A DNA stretch of 64,000 bases from positions 17,882 to 81,881 of the forward strand of contig JBOHVN010000244.1 in assembly GCA_050735675.1 (NCBI GenBank). Direction: 5' to 3'. How positions within the stretch are numbered: the stretch's first letter is position 1; the number at the start of each line of letters is the position of its first letter. Positions 35,649 to 44,841 of the stretch are shown here, one piece after another. The notes below the pieces were generated by a model. It saw only the letters and a list, made by a program, of their open reading frames with translations. It was not told where the DNA came from and searched no databases. Source of the stretch: Candidatus Binatia bacterium. Its GTDB lineage: Bacteria > Desulfobacterota > Binatia > UBA9968. A program made the position numbers and the translations under genes.

Positions 35649-37240
35649 GACTGTCTATCGAGACCGCAAGGCTCCCTCTATCTGCCGAACGAATTTCCAA
35701 CGCAATCGCCAGCACAGGGGTTGCATCGATCGGTAAATCCTTATTCTGGTCGCTGGCCTTTGGCATTGCCTACACTCAAGCACCGCTTTACACGTCAAAT
35801 CAGAACACCAAATTTCTTATCGGCTTAGCCGACGGCGGGTTGGGATTTCTTAACGAAGACTGGTTGGCCAACACGATAGATCCGTTCCCTGTCTTTAGTT
35901 TTCTGGTTTACGTCACTTACAGACATCTTCCTGAATACATGTTCTATTTTTTCAATATTCTTATTTTCGGCGTTTACCTCTACAGCATGGCGGGGATCGC
36001 TTCGAGAATCTATAATATTGACCGTGAACGACCCGAATACGTTACTTTTCTGGTGGTGATTATTGCCCTTCATTCTTACGCATTCGACTCTCTCTCGTTG
36101 AGAATCTTTGGCATTGAAATGGGACAGCTGCTCCACTATGGGGTTGCCGAGCAACACATGATTGGGCGAATATTTCAGCCCAGCGTATTTGGGGTGTTTA
36201 TACTGCTGTCGATTTACGCCTTTCTCTGTCACAAGATTTTTCTGGCTGCTTTTCTGGTAGCGCTGTCGTCGATCATTCATCCCGCTTATGTCCCAATTTC
36301 AGCGGTCGTTACATTGTCGTATATGGCCGTTGTGTTCATGGAAGAAAACAGCCCAAAAAAACCGCTCGCCATCGGCATCTTCAACCTCATATTGGTTTCG
36401 CCGTTATTGAGCTATTATTATATTCAGTTTAGCCCCACTTCGCCGGAGATCTGGAGCAAGGCGTCCGCGATCTTGGTGAATGTTAGAAGCCCGCATCACA
36501 TGATCGCGGAGGTTTGGTTAGGCTGGCCGGTCTACGCGAAATTCGCGCTGACGATTGGCGCATTGTATCTGGTCAGAAGAACCACACTTTTTTTGATAAT
36601 GCTTTTGCCGCTCTTGATGGGCATCCTGCTCACGGTCGCGCAGTTGCTCTCGGAAAATGCCACTTTGGCGGCCTTCACTCCCTGGCGTATTTCCGTCTTT
36701 TTAGTTCCACTCTCGCTCGGAATCATCGTGGCCTGGGCCGTTTCTCATCTGTTTCGAAAGTTTGCCGGGCAAATTCATAGGAACCGGCAAGTCATTGCCG
36801 CGGTAAACTTTGCGGCGATATTGATTCTGGTGCTTTACGGGGTAAATACCCATGTCAAACGTCATGCGAAGTACTATAGCGGCGATAGCGTCGCGATGAT
36901 GGATTTTGTAAGGGAAACAAAATCTTCAGGCGGGATATATCTGGTACCCGTCGAGTTGGAAGATTTCCGGCTGTACACCGGCGCGCCCACGTTCGTCACT
37001 TTCAAATCCGGACCGGTTAAAGATGTTGAATATTTAGAGTGGTACAAGCGCCTCGTGGCCGCAAGAAGGTTTTACGCAGCTGAAGATGGAGCTTGCAAGA
37101 TCCTCAGAGCGCTCGATGAGCATTACAGAATCACGCACGTTATCGTAGAAAGCGCGCAGCTTGATGACCGTTGCGGCGGAAACTTGTATCAACTGTATAG
37201 AGATGATCGATATCGAGTGTACAAGATACAGAAACAATGA
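35645..37240 (+). CDS. Polytopic membrane protein with C-terminal soluble domain (possible polymerase or GT-C-like)
   Basis: ATG 35645 overlaps the upstream stop (ATGA). It has about 12 hydrophobic segments and a ~130-aa hydrophilic tail. It is AT-rich, and I recognised no family motif. Confidence 0.5.
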   Translation: MRLSIETARLPLSAERISNAIASTGVASIGKSLFWSLAFGIAYTQAPLYTSNQNTKFLIGLADGGLGFLNEDWLANTIDPFPVFSFLVYVTYRHLPEYMFYFFNILIFGVYLYSMAGIASRIYNIDRERPEYVTFLVVIIALHSYAFDSLSLRIFGIEMGQLLHYGVAEQHMIGRIFQPSVFGVFILLSIYAFLCHKIFLAAFLVALSSIIHPAYVPISAVVTLSYMAVVFMEENSPKKPLAIGIFNLILVSPLLSYYYIQFSPTSPEIWSKASAILVNVRSPHHMIAEVWLGWPVYAKFALTIGALYLVRRTTLFLIMLLPLLMGILLTVAQLLSENATLAAFTPWRISVFLVPLSLGIIVAWAVSHLFRKFAGQIHRNRQVIAAVNFAAILILVLYGVNTHVKRHAKYYSGDSVAMMDFVRETKSSGGIYLVPVELEDFRLYTGAPTFVTFKSGPVKDVEYLEWYKRLVAARRFYAAEDGACKILRALDEHYRITHVIVESAQLDDRCGGNLYQLYRDDRYRVYKIQKQ

Positions 37241-37423
37241 TCCCTTCCAAAACCAACGGTACAAAAATGATCGTGTAGTGTGCATGTATGGTTGTCCCTT
37301 TATCGCCACTGGGCAAACCAGTGGTTGTGTTGATGAGACAATTCATGACCAGTCAAGACATTGAAGGCGCAAACGTGAAATTCATTGCCGGATTCTATTA
37401 CAAACTTTCTAGCATCTTTCTTG

Positions 37424-37443
37424 CTTGGGCAAAGCCCAAGTAT
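37424..37443 (+). repeat. Hairpin motif copy 1 (CTTGGGCAAAGCCCAAGTA) abutting a start codon
   Basis: A perfect 7-bp stem (CTTGGGC/GCCCAAG) with an AAA loop ends 1 nt before ATG 37442. A near-identical 20-mer occurs at 58910..58929. Confidence 0.5.
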
Positions 37444-38884
37444 GAAATTGGCGAGACTCAGTGCATTTTACGTTGCGGCCAGTCTCGTGATCGTTTTACC
37501 AGCCTTTGCAGCAGACAAAACTCCGCCGACGAAACCGGTGGTGAGCGATGACGGTGACTACACCAGCTCTTTCACGAGCCTTCATGCGAAGTGGACAAGC
37601 TCAGATCCCGAATCCGGGCTTGCCAAATACCGATACCAAATCCGGGAAGGCTCGACCTCCGGGCGTAAGATTGTCGACTGGACTTCGGCCGGCCTGGCAA
37701 CCGAGATCACGCTTAACGGCTTAAGTCTTCGCAACGGTAAAGCATACTTCATCGGTGTCAAGGCCATAAATAGGGAAGGCAAACAGTCCGAGGCGGGTTA
37801 TTCCGATGGTATCACGGTTCACACCGATACCCCGCCGTCACCGCCTCCACCCGCGGCTCCGCCACCATCGCCTCCAGATGAACCGCCAAGCGGGATACTT
37901 GAAGGATTTGGCTCTCAAACATCGGGGGGTGCAGGGAAGCCTACTGTGTTTGTTAGCAATCTGAACGATTCCGGTCCAGGCTCTCTCAGGGCGGCGCTGT
38001 CTGGTGGAAATAGGACAATTCAGTTTTCGGTTGCTGGAGCAATCACGGCCGGAAGCGCTCTTCGCGTTATGGGTGCTAACATCACTATTGATGGTTGCAG
38101 TGCCCCTTGGCCTGGCATCGACATTATTGGCCGTCCGCTGGAAATGCGCGGTAACTTTGGATCACACGACATCATCGTTCAGTGCATTCGGTCCAGAAAT
38201 TCGCTTGGTGATGGCATAACCATTAGTGAAGGCGCGTACAACATAGTCCTGGACCAGGTGAGCGTTGCCAACAGCGGCGATGGTGCGATAGACATCGGTA
38301 GCTGGAACGGACAGCATACCCACGACGTAACCGTCCAACGCTCGATAATTACCCAGGCCAATAAGGCCATGTTGATTAAATATGTGGACACCAAACGGGT
38401 TACTTTGCACCACAATCTGTTTGTTGATTCAGCCGACCGGAGTCCTCGCATTGCCTACAACCAGAGTCACGGATCGCCAGCTAATGAAATTACCGTGGAC
38501 CTGCGCAACAACCTTATCGCCAACTGGAGGGGTGGACTCGGCACTGATGTGTCCTGCGGGGCCAAAGCCAACATCGTCCGAAATTACTATTCCAATCCCG
38601 GCTATTCGGTGAATGACCAGCGGCAGGCGATCGTTGTGTACGATGCTGATTTCACTTGCCTCCGCGGTTTTGCATACGTACAGGGCAACTTGAGCGGAGA
38701 TGTGGCCGATATAGACAACTCGCCTTTTATTCGAGTGCCTAAAGAAACCATCCCGTTTGCGACCGCGCCAATCACGGAGCAGGACGCATGTAGCGCTGCC
38801 CAAACAGTCCTAGCCAAGGCCGGCCATCCTATTCGGGACGCCATTGACCAAGCTGCGGTCAGCAGAGTGCGGATCAATTGCTAA
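37442..38884 (+). CDS. Secreted FN3-like domain + Pro-rich linker + PL1 pectate-lyase-like beta-helix protein (paralog 2)
   Basis: It has a signal peptide MKLARLSAFYVAASLVIVLPAFA and a PPSPPPPAAPPPSPPDEPP linker. Further motifs are NLNDSGPGSLRAAL, VLDQVSVANSGDGAIDI and HHNLFVDSADRSPRI. Confidence 0.7.
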   Translation: MKLARLSAFYVAASLVIVLPAFAADKTPPTKPVVSDDGDYTSSFTSLHAKWTSSDPESGLAKYRYQIREGSTSGRKIVDWTSAGLATEITLNGLSLRNGKAYFIGVKAINREGKQSEAGYSDGITVHTDTPPSPPPPAAPPPSPPDEPPSGILEGFGSQTSGGAGKPTVFVSNLNDSGPGSLRAALSGGNRTIQFSVAGAITAGSALRVMGANITIDGCSAPWPGIDIIGRPLEMRGNFGSHDIIVQCIRSRNSLGDGITISEGAYNIVLDQVSVANSGDGAIDIGSWNGQHTHDVTVQRSIITQANKAMLIKYVDTKRVTLHHNLFVDSADRSPRIAYNQSHGSPANEITVDLRNNLIANWRGGLGTDVSCGAKANIVRNYYSNPGYSVNDQRQAIVVYDADFTCLRGFAYVQGNLSGDVADIDNSPFIRVPKETIPFATAPITEQDACSAAQTVLAKAGHPIRDAIDQAAVSRVRINC

Positions 38885-39160
38885 ATGGCTTGGCATCTCT
38901 ACATAGCCCGATGAAAGCGACGGAACTGCGATTCGATCGAATTGCAATACCTTAGCTCAATCTCACGCGCCGCCTGTTCGGGGCGGTGATCTCGCTTCAG
39001 CCGAGAGGCCTCTCTCTTCAACAATCCGTTTCTTTCAAAGCGCGTTCGATGGCCTTGTCCTCTCTCGGGCCGCGTCTCCAATCCCACTGACTGAAGCCTT
39101 AGAGGCGTGCGACGAACCATGTTTGACATCAACTTCTGCATGATGTTCGGCCGGGGATCA

Positions 39161-40825
39161 ATGATGGACCTCAAAGAAATAGGCAGCCGACTCTACACAA
39201 GCGTATTCCAATGGCTCGTCTTGCTACTGATCGCGGCAATTCTATCTGCTCTCGATCCCGCTGTGCCATTACTCGCACAGCCGTATCAAGGATTCGGAGC
39301 CAATACGCCCGGTGGAGAGGGCCAACCTGTATACCGCGTGACAAACCTGAACGATTCCGGCCCAGGAAGCCTGCGTGACGCCGTGTCACAGGGAAATCGG
39401 ACCGTCGTGTTCGATGTCGGCGGGGAGATCGTGCTCTCCATGGAAATCAAAGTGAAAGGCGCTTTTATCACCATCGATGGCTTTACCGCACCTTCCCCGA
39501 TAACCCTGATCAACGACGGGTTGGTAATCGATGGGGATAACGACGCGCATGACATCATCGTGCGGGGCATGCGGGTGCGGAATGCTAACGCGGACAGCGT
39601 CACAATTCGTGACGGGGCGCATAACGTGATCATCGACCATATCTCCTCACAGGGCGCGAGCGATGGAGCCATCGACATCACCAAAGACGCATTCAACATC
39701 ACAGTCCAGTGGAGTATTCTCGCCGAGAACACGCGGGGTAACCTCTTGTCGGCAATTGAGTATCAAGCCCTCCGGGTCACCTTCCACCACAACCTATTCG
39801 TGAAAGGACAAAGTAGAAACCCGCAGTCTGGCTGGGATAACACCTATGCCACTACCCCGCCGGAAATTGTAAGCGACATTCGTAACAACCTGGTTTGGGA
39901 TTTCTCCGCTTACGGGACCGTGGTTACAAAGAACACGAAAGCTAATGTAGTGAACAACTTTTATTATTCCCCGCTTCAGCCGGGTGCTAGGAGAGCGCTC
40001 TATGTGACTGAGGGTAGTCAGGTCTATGCCCAGGGTAATTATAGTCTAAATGGTGCGGAGATCGACGGAGAGGGTAACCAGCATGTTCCCTTCGTCGCAG
40101 CTCAGGTGGATACCACGGACGCCTGTACTGCGGCTCACGATGTGTTATCCGACGCGGGAGTGAAGCCGCGGGATGTTGTGGACCAGCAATATCTCTCTGC
40201 CATTTCTCTGCCATCGTGCGGTGAAGTTAACGCCAATCTGGAGGTTGCACCCAGCCGGCTTGATTTTTCTGCCACCGTCGGCGGGTTAAATCCATCGCCT
40301 AAGACGCTGACGGTCACCGACTCTAGCGGAACTGGCTTCTCTTGGACGGCAACTACTGGCGCAACGTGGCTCTCCGTTTCGCCTGTGAGCGGGACAGCTC
40401 CATCGATCTTGAATGTAGGCGTGAGCTCACCGGGCTTGGCGGCAGGCACATATCTAGCGACGATTTCTATCGTTGCTCCGGGCGTGACGGGTTCTCCTGT
40501 AGAAGTCCCGGTAACCTTGATGGTGTCGCCCGCTGTTGTTGTGCCCCAAATTACTACGCCGAACCCGGGCTCGGTGCTGCCAGGATCGGATGTGACTTTT
40601 AGTTGGACTGCCAACGGAACTGATGTCAGAAAATGGCGGCTCTATGTGGGTTCCAAGCAGGGCGTGAAGGATCTCCACGATAGCGGTACAGTAGGTAAAA
40701 ACACGACTTCAAGAAATGTAAAACTCTTGCCTACCGATGGCCGTGTGATCTGGGTCCAACTTCGCTTCGAGGTGGACGGCACGTGGCAATTCGCCGACTT
40801 TCAGTTCAAAGCGGCTCAAAGCTAG
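39161..40825 (+). CDS. Secreted PL1 pectate-lyase-like beta-helix protein with C-terminal Ig/BACON-like domains (paralog 3)
   Basis: The catalytic region is very similar to 16589..17746 (NLNDSGPGSLRDAV, VIIDHISSQGASDGAIDI, HHNLFVKGQSRNPQS). The C-terminal ~190 aa are beta-rich (LDFSATVGGLNPSPKTLTV, TWLSVSP). Confidence 0.7.
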   Translation: MMDLKEIGSRLYTSVFQWLVLLLIAAILSALDPAVPLLAQPYQGFGANTPGGEGQPVYRVTNLNDSGPGSLRDAVSQGNRTVVFDVGGEIVLSMEIKVKGAFITIDGFTAPSPITLINDGLVIDGDNDAHDIIVRGMRVRNANADSVTIRDGAHNVIIDHISSQGASDGAIDITKDAFNITVQWSILAENTRGNLLSAIEYQALRVTFHHNLFVKGQSRNPQSGWDNTYATTPPEIVSDIRNNLVWDFSAYGTVVTKNTKANVVNNFYYSPLQPGARRALYVTEGSQVYAQGNYSLNGAEIDGEGNQHVPFVAAQVDTTDACTAAHDVLSDAGVKPRDVVDQQYLSAISLPSCGEVNANLEVAPSRLDFSATVGGLNPSPKTLTVTDSSGTGFSWTATTGATWLSVSPVSGTAPSILNVGVSSPGLAAGTYLATISIVAPGVTGSPVEVPVTLMVSPAVVVPQITTPNPGSVLPGSDVTFSWTANGTDVRKWRLYVGSKQGVKDLHDSGTVGKNTTSRNVKLLPTDGRVIWVQLRFEVDGTWQFADFQFKAAQS

Positions 40826-40916
40826 GTCGTCGACACAAGCGGACATGCTTAAAAAATTTCGACGACGGTCAGCAAGTGACAACGGCTTAAGCGGATTGTC
40901 TGGGATTAGTCGCCGG

Positions 40917-42026
40917 TTAGTGGACCGAACCGACGATCGGTTCAATGAACGGACGGAGCACATCATAATTCGCATCCCAACCTTTACGCCACCCGTCGCC
41001 AGCCCGCGCGATGACGAGGTCAAGGCTTGGGATCACGATGATCAAACTATCCTTAAGTCCCCAAGACCAGTATGCATCTCGGGGCACATTTTCGAGAGCG
41101 CCGTCTGCATTGTTCCACCAGAGCAGTCCATAGTGATCAGAGGCATTGCCGTATTCTCTCGAAAAAAGTTCAGGGAGACCGACAACGCTCGGCTGCGTAC
41201 TTCGCACTTCCGCCACAAAACTCTGGGGAATCAGTTGCTCGCCGCGCCACCGCCCTGCGCGTAAGTAGAGATAACCTATACGTGCTAGCGCGTTGACGCT
41301 GGCGCTGATGCCGGAGCCAAATTCGCGTTTTTGAACCTCGTGCTTCTTCGCGCGGGGCCCGTTTCGCCATGATAATTCCGCTGCTGAAATGCCTAGCGGA
41401 GTAAAGATCCTGGTAAAGAAACCATCCTTTAGATCCTGTTGGTACATCAGTGTGAGTAGGTCGGCTAGCCAGTTCGTGCCGGCGTCGGAATATGCCCAGG
41501 CTGTGCCGGGTGGAAAAATGATTTCAGGGCGCGTGCCAGCCTTTTCGAAGCCTGCCGTATGCGTCGCAAGTTGGCGGATGGTTATATCATCCAGCCAACC
41601 CGTGCGATGATTTTTCTCGTTGTTGGTACCGAAACTCCAATGGTATCGCTGCGCAAAGTCGTCGAGATCGAGCCTGCCGTCTTGGATGGCAAGGCCAAGG
41701 CCCGTTACCCCAATTGATTTAGTCGTCGATTTAAGCTCGTATCGGGTCGCCGGGTTCCCCCATGACCAGACGAGACGGCCTCTGCGTATAATGTAGCCGG
41801 AACCACCGCCTTTTAGAGCATAGCTCTGGGCTTGGGCGAGTTTCGCCGTATCCATTCCAACCTGACTAGGTGTTGCTATCTCCCAATCCAGATCGGGCCA
41901 TACGACCGCCTCTTCAGGATTCGAGCCGGCCGCAAACAGCTCTCCGGAGATTCGTGCTGGAGGCAATAGACTCGTACTCAGCGCTGAAAGGAGCACCAAC
42001 GTCAAGACAAGTATCGTTACTCGCAT
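40917..42026 (-). CDS. Secreted serine hydrolase, beta-lactamase/esterase family
   Basis: A signal peptide starts at MRVTILVLTLVLL, and an S-x-x-K motif is present (KSTTKSIG). The ORF is open to 42092. Confidence 0.65.
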   Translation of the reverse strand: MRVTILVLTLVLLSALSTSLLPPARISGELFAAGSNPEEAVVWPDLDWEIATPSQVGMDTAKLAQAQSYALKGGGSGYIIRRGRLVWSWGNPATRYELKSTTKSIGVTGLGLAIQDGRLDLDDFAQRYHWSFGTNNEKNHRTGWLDDITIRQLATHTAGFEKAGTRPEIIFPPGTAWAYSDAGTNWLADLLTLMYQQDLKDGFFTRIFTPLGISAAELSWRNGPRAKKHEVQKREFGSGISASVNALARIGYLYLRAGRWRGEQLIPQSFVAEVRSTQPSVVGLPELFSREYGNASDHYGLLWWNNADGALENVPRDAYWSWGLKDSLIIVIPSLDLVIARAGDGWRKGWDANYDVLRPFIEPIVGSVH

Positions 42027-42371
42027 CCAGCAACGCGCCTCTGAAAGGGTTTTTCCCATACCGCACATTTTAGGACGACAGAATGTGAGCACAAAGAGTT
42101 TTTTGTAGTTTCTCTCCCTGTGGCGGATATAAACAACGAAAGCGGAGCAATTTCTTTGCCAATGTCAGGATGCTTCTTATTCTTTCATTGTGCTGCTTTG
42201 CTGTAGCTCAATAGCGATAACAATGATCCAAGAAGTGTCGGCCTTAGCCGATAAAGAGTTGGTAATCGTTGGCAGCGGGATTTTCGGGGATCTGCGTTGC
42301 TTGGGATGCCATCTTACATTGTTGCGGTGAAGAAACTGGCGAGCTCTGAACCAAGGAAAGGGCAACATGGC

Positions 42372-43460
42372 ATGAAGCAAGTACTGATTACGGGAGGCGC
42401 GGGATTCATCGGCTCGAACGTTGCAAACTATTATTTAACGCAAGGATGCAGGGTCGTCATCTTTGACAATTGGTCGAGGAACGGATGCAGCCAAAACCTA
42501 GTTTGGCTCAGGACCAATGCCCGCTCCCGGAACTTGGTCATTTTAGACGGCGACGTCCGTCATCCTACTAACCGCCTGCGAACAGAAATCGAATCGTCCG
42601 ATGCTTTGTTTCACTTTGCTGCCCAGGTAGCCGTCACAACTTCGGTGGCCGAGCCCAGATATGATTTTGAAGTGAACGCGCAGGGCACGTTTAACTTATT
42701 GGAACTTGTGCGCCTTTCTCATGGCAAGCGGCCCGTCGTATTCTACTCGTCGACAAACAAGGTGTACGGTGGTTTGGAGGGTGTGGCAATTCTCGAGGGA
42801 GCAAATGCCTACTCGTTTCGCGATCTGCCGAATGGCATAGCTGAAGATTGCCTGCTGGACTTTCATTCTCCGTATGGCTGTTCCAAGGGAGCGGCGGATC
42901 AGTACGTTATCGATTATTCGAGAATCTACAAGTTGCAAACCGTGACTTTCAGGCAGAGCTGTATCTACGGCCCCAGGCAGTTTGGCGTCGAAGATCAAGG
43001 TTGGGTCGCCTGGCTTATCATCGCCGCTGTCTTACAGCTACCTTTTACGATCTACGGTACCGGCAAACAGGTCAGAGACATTCTGTTTATCGACGATCTT
43101 GTCGATGCCTTCGACCTCGCATGGTCTAACGTCGATAAAGCGGCGGGCCAGGTTTACAATATCGGTGGGGGTCCAGTGAACGCGGTGTCACTGTCGATGA
43201 TAGTGGACTACCTGAAGAAGGAGGTCAATCCCTCCATGACAATACGTCATTCACGTTGGCGACCCGGTGACCAGTCGGTTTACGTATCAGACATTACGAA
43301 AGCCAGAAAGCAATTGGGCTGGTCGCCGAAGGTCTTTTGGATGGAGGGTGTTGCCAGGCTGGTCCATTGGATCCGCAGAAATAAAGAAAAGATTAGCGAG
43401 CAGATGTCGCTCAACCCTCAAGGATCGCAAGTTGAATTTCTCGAAGTGCGTGCATCTTAG
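42372..43460 (+). CDS. NAD-dependent epimerase/dehydratase (extended SDR; CDP-paratose-2-epimerase-like)
   Basis: It has ITGGAGFIGSN, YSSTNKVYG and SPYGCSKGAADQY (YxxxK). Confidence 0.8.
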   Translation: MKQVLITGGAGFIGSNVANYYLTQGCRVVIFDNWSRNGCSQNLVWLRTNARSRNLVILDGDVRHPTNRLRTEIESSDALFHFAAQVAVTTSVAEPRYDFEVNAQGTFNLLELVRLSHGKRPVVFYSSTNKVYGGLEGVAILEGANAYSFRDLPNGIAEDCLLDFHSPYGCSKGAADQYVIDYSRIYKLQTVTFRQSCIYGPRQFGVEDQGWVAWLIIAAVLQLPFTIYGTGKQVRDILFIDDLVDAFDLAWSNVDKAAGQVYNIGGGPVNAVSLSMIVDYLKKEVNPSMTIRHSRWRPGDQSVYVSDITKARKQLGWSPKVFWMEGVARLVHWIRRNKEKISEQMSLNPQGSQVEFLEVRAS

Positions 43461-43618
43461 AGCAGTCCCCCGCCATCAACTGACGGCCAAACGGCGCGTT
43501 TGATTTTCGTCGAGTAATTCTCTGTCCGGTCGCGCTTGACGACAAGTCGTTTGGGCACAGAGCATTATAGCCGAGATGCTCGCCCCAAAGACGCTTGTTC
43601 CATTCCTAAGTTATTGCC

Positions 43619-44815
43619 GTGAATATTCTCCTCCTCTGTCATGAGTATCCCCCGCTCGGCGGAGGCGGTGGTATTGGCGCCAATCAATATGCGGAGGCTT
43701 GGAGCCAAAGCGGCCACAAAGTCACGGTGCTGACAAGTTGGCGCCCGGGTTTAAAGTTCAAGGAGACCCTGAATGGCGCTCGCGTTGTGAGGGTGTTTAC
43801 CATTCCACGCAGGGACAGAGCCAGATTTTCGTTCAGTGGCATGTTGTCCTATATCGGGTTTGGGCTTGTGCATATCCTTTCTCGCCGCAGCGATTATCGC
43901 CAGAATGACGTAATCAATATTCATTTTTCGCTGCCCGGCGGCGTGTTGGGTATTTTGGCTGGTCGCATGCTGGGAATCCCTTGTATTTTGACCATCATCG
44001 GTGGAGATATTTACGATCCCACGAAAAGGAGTTCGCCTCATAGAAGTGTTTTGATGCGGATGGTCAACAGCCTGGTTATGAACTCTGCTGACAAGCTTAT
44101 CGCTATTTCAAGCGATACCAAGCGCAACGCTCAACGATATTACAATGTACGAAACGAAATAACCGTAATCAATTATGGGTTTCCATTCACGATGTGGAGG
44201 TCTGAGGGATTGCCGGAAATAAAAAAAGAGGATGGGAAGTATCACCTTGTAGCCATTGGGCGATTGGTCGAGCGCAAGGGTTTCCAGTACCTTATTAAGG
44301 CGTTAGCTAGTCTTCCAGAGAATGTCGTTCTGAGTCTGATAGGCGACGGCCCCCTCGAAGCAGACCTGAGCAAACTTGCAGCAGAATGTAACCTAAACGG
44401 AAGGTTGCGGATGACAGGATACGTGCCACGACGGAAAATATATAGTTATCTGCAGTCTGCTGATTGCTTCGTCCTCTCTTCTCTTCATGAGGGCCTCGGT
44501 ATTGTAATTCAAGAGGCTATGTATGCCGGGTTGCCCATCGTTTCAACCGATAATGGAGGGCAGGTGGACATTATCGAAAATTATCGCAACGGGATTTTAG
44601 TGAAGCCTCGAGAATCGGAGCCACTGGCGGTTGCAATCAAGGAAATATACGAAAACACAGAACTGGCTGAAACGATGAAGCGAAACAACAGGGCAGACAT
44701 CAAGCGGCACTATATGACAGCCAATGCGCAGACGTATATTGAATTATTTGAGACAACGCTCAGAGATACAGTTTCGCTATCACCCAAACGGCGGATCGAA
44801 AGTGAAGTCCGCTAA
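43619..44815 (+). CDS. Glycosyltransferase family 4
   Basis: GTG start. It has ILLLCHEYPPLGGGGG and VLSSLHEGLGIVIQEAMYAGLPIVSTDNGG. Confidence 0.85.
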   Translation: MNILLLCHEYPPLGGGGGIGANQYAEAWSQSGHKVTVLTSWRPGLKFKETLNGARVVRVFTIPRRDRARFSFSGMLSYIGFGLVHILSRRSDYRQNDVINIHFSLPGGVLGILAGRMLGIPCILTIIGGDIYDPTKRSSPHRSVLMRMVNSLVMNSADKLIAISSDTKRNAQRYYNVRNEITVINYGFPFTMWRSEGLPEIKKEDGKYHLVAIGRLVERKGFQYLIKALASLPENVVLSLIGDGPLEADLSKLAAECNLNGRLRMTGYVPRRKIYSYLQSADCFVLSSLHEGLGIVIQEAMYAGLPIVSTDNGGQVDIIENYRNGILVKPRESEPLAVAIKEIYENTELAETMKRNNRADIKRHYMTANAQTYIELFETTLRDTVSLSPKRRIESEVR

Positions 44816-44841
44816 GCGCTGATACGGCGCAGGGTCGTGAC

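Noticed and set aside
38931-39014. Two perfect 12-nt palindromes, ATTCGATCGAAT (38931..38942) and GAGAGGCCTCTC (39003..39014), lie upstream of the third lyase gene and could be operators.
   Set aside because: A perfect 12-nt palindrome is expected roughly once per 4 kb by chance, so about 16 in this window. There is no repetition or supporting context.
10982-40825. A PEP-CTERM/exosortase association. The sugar transferase + O-antigen-ligase-like + AsnB + sigma-54 regulator combination resembles such loci.
   Set aside because: None of the secreted proteins I inspected ends in a PEP-CTERM sorting tail (VPEP + TM + basic tail). No exosortase (EpsH) or PrsK-type kinase is present in the window.
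40826-40866. An inverted repeat, GTCGTCGA...TCGACGAC, lies between the convergent genes 39161..40825 and 40917..42026 and could be a terminator.
   Set aside because: It has an 8-bp stem with a 25-nt loop and no flanking T-tract on either strand, so it is weak as an intrinsic terminator.
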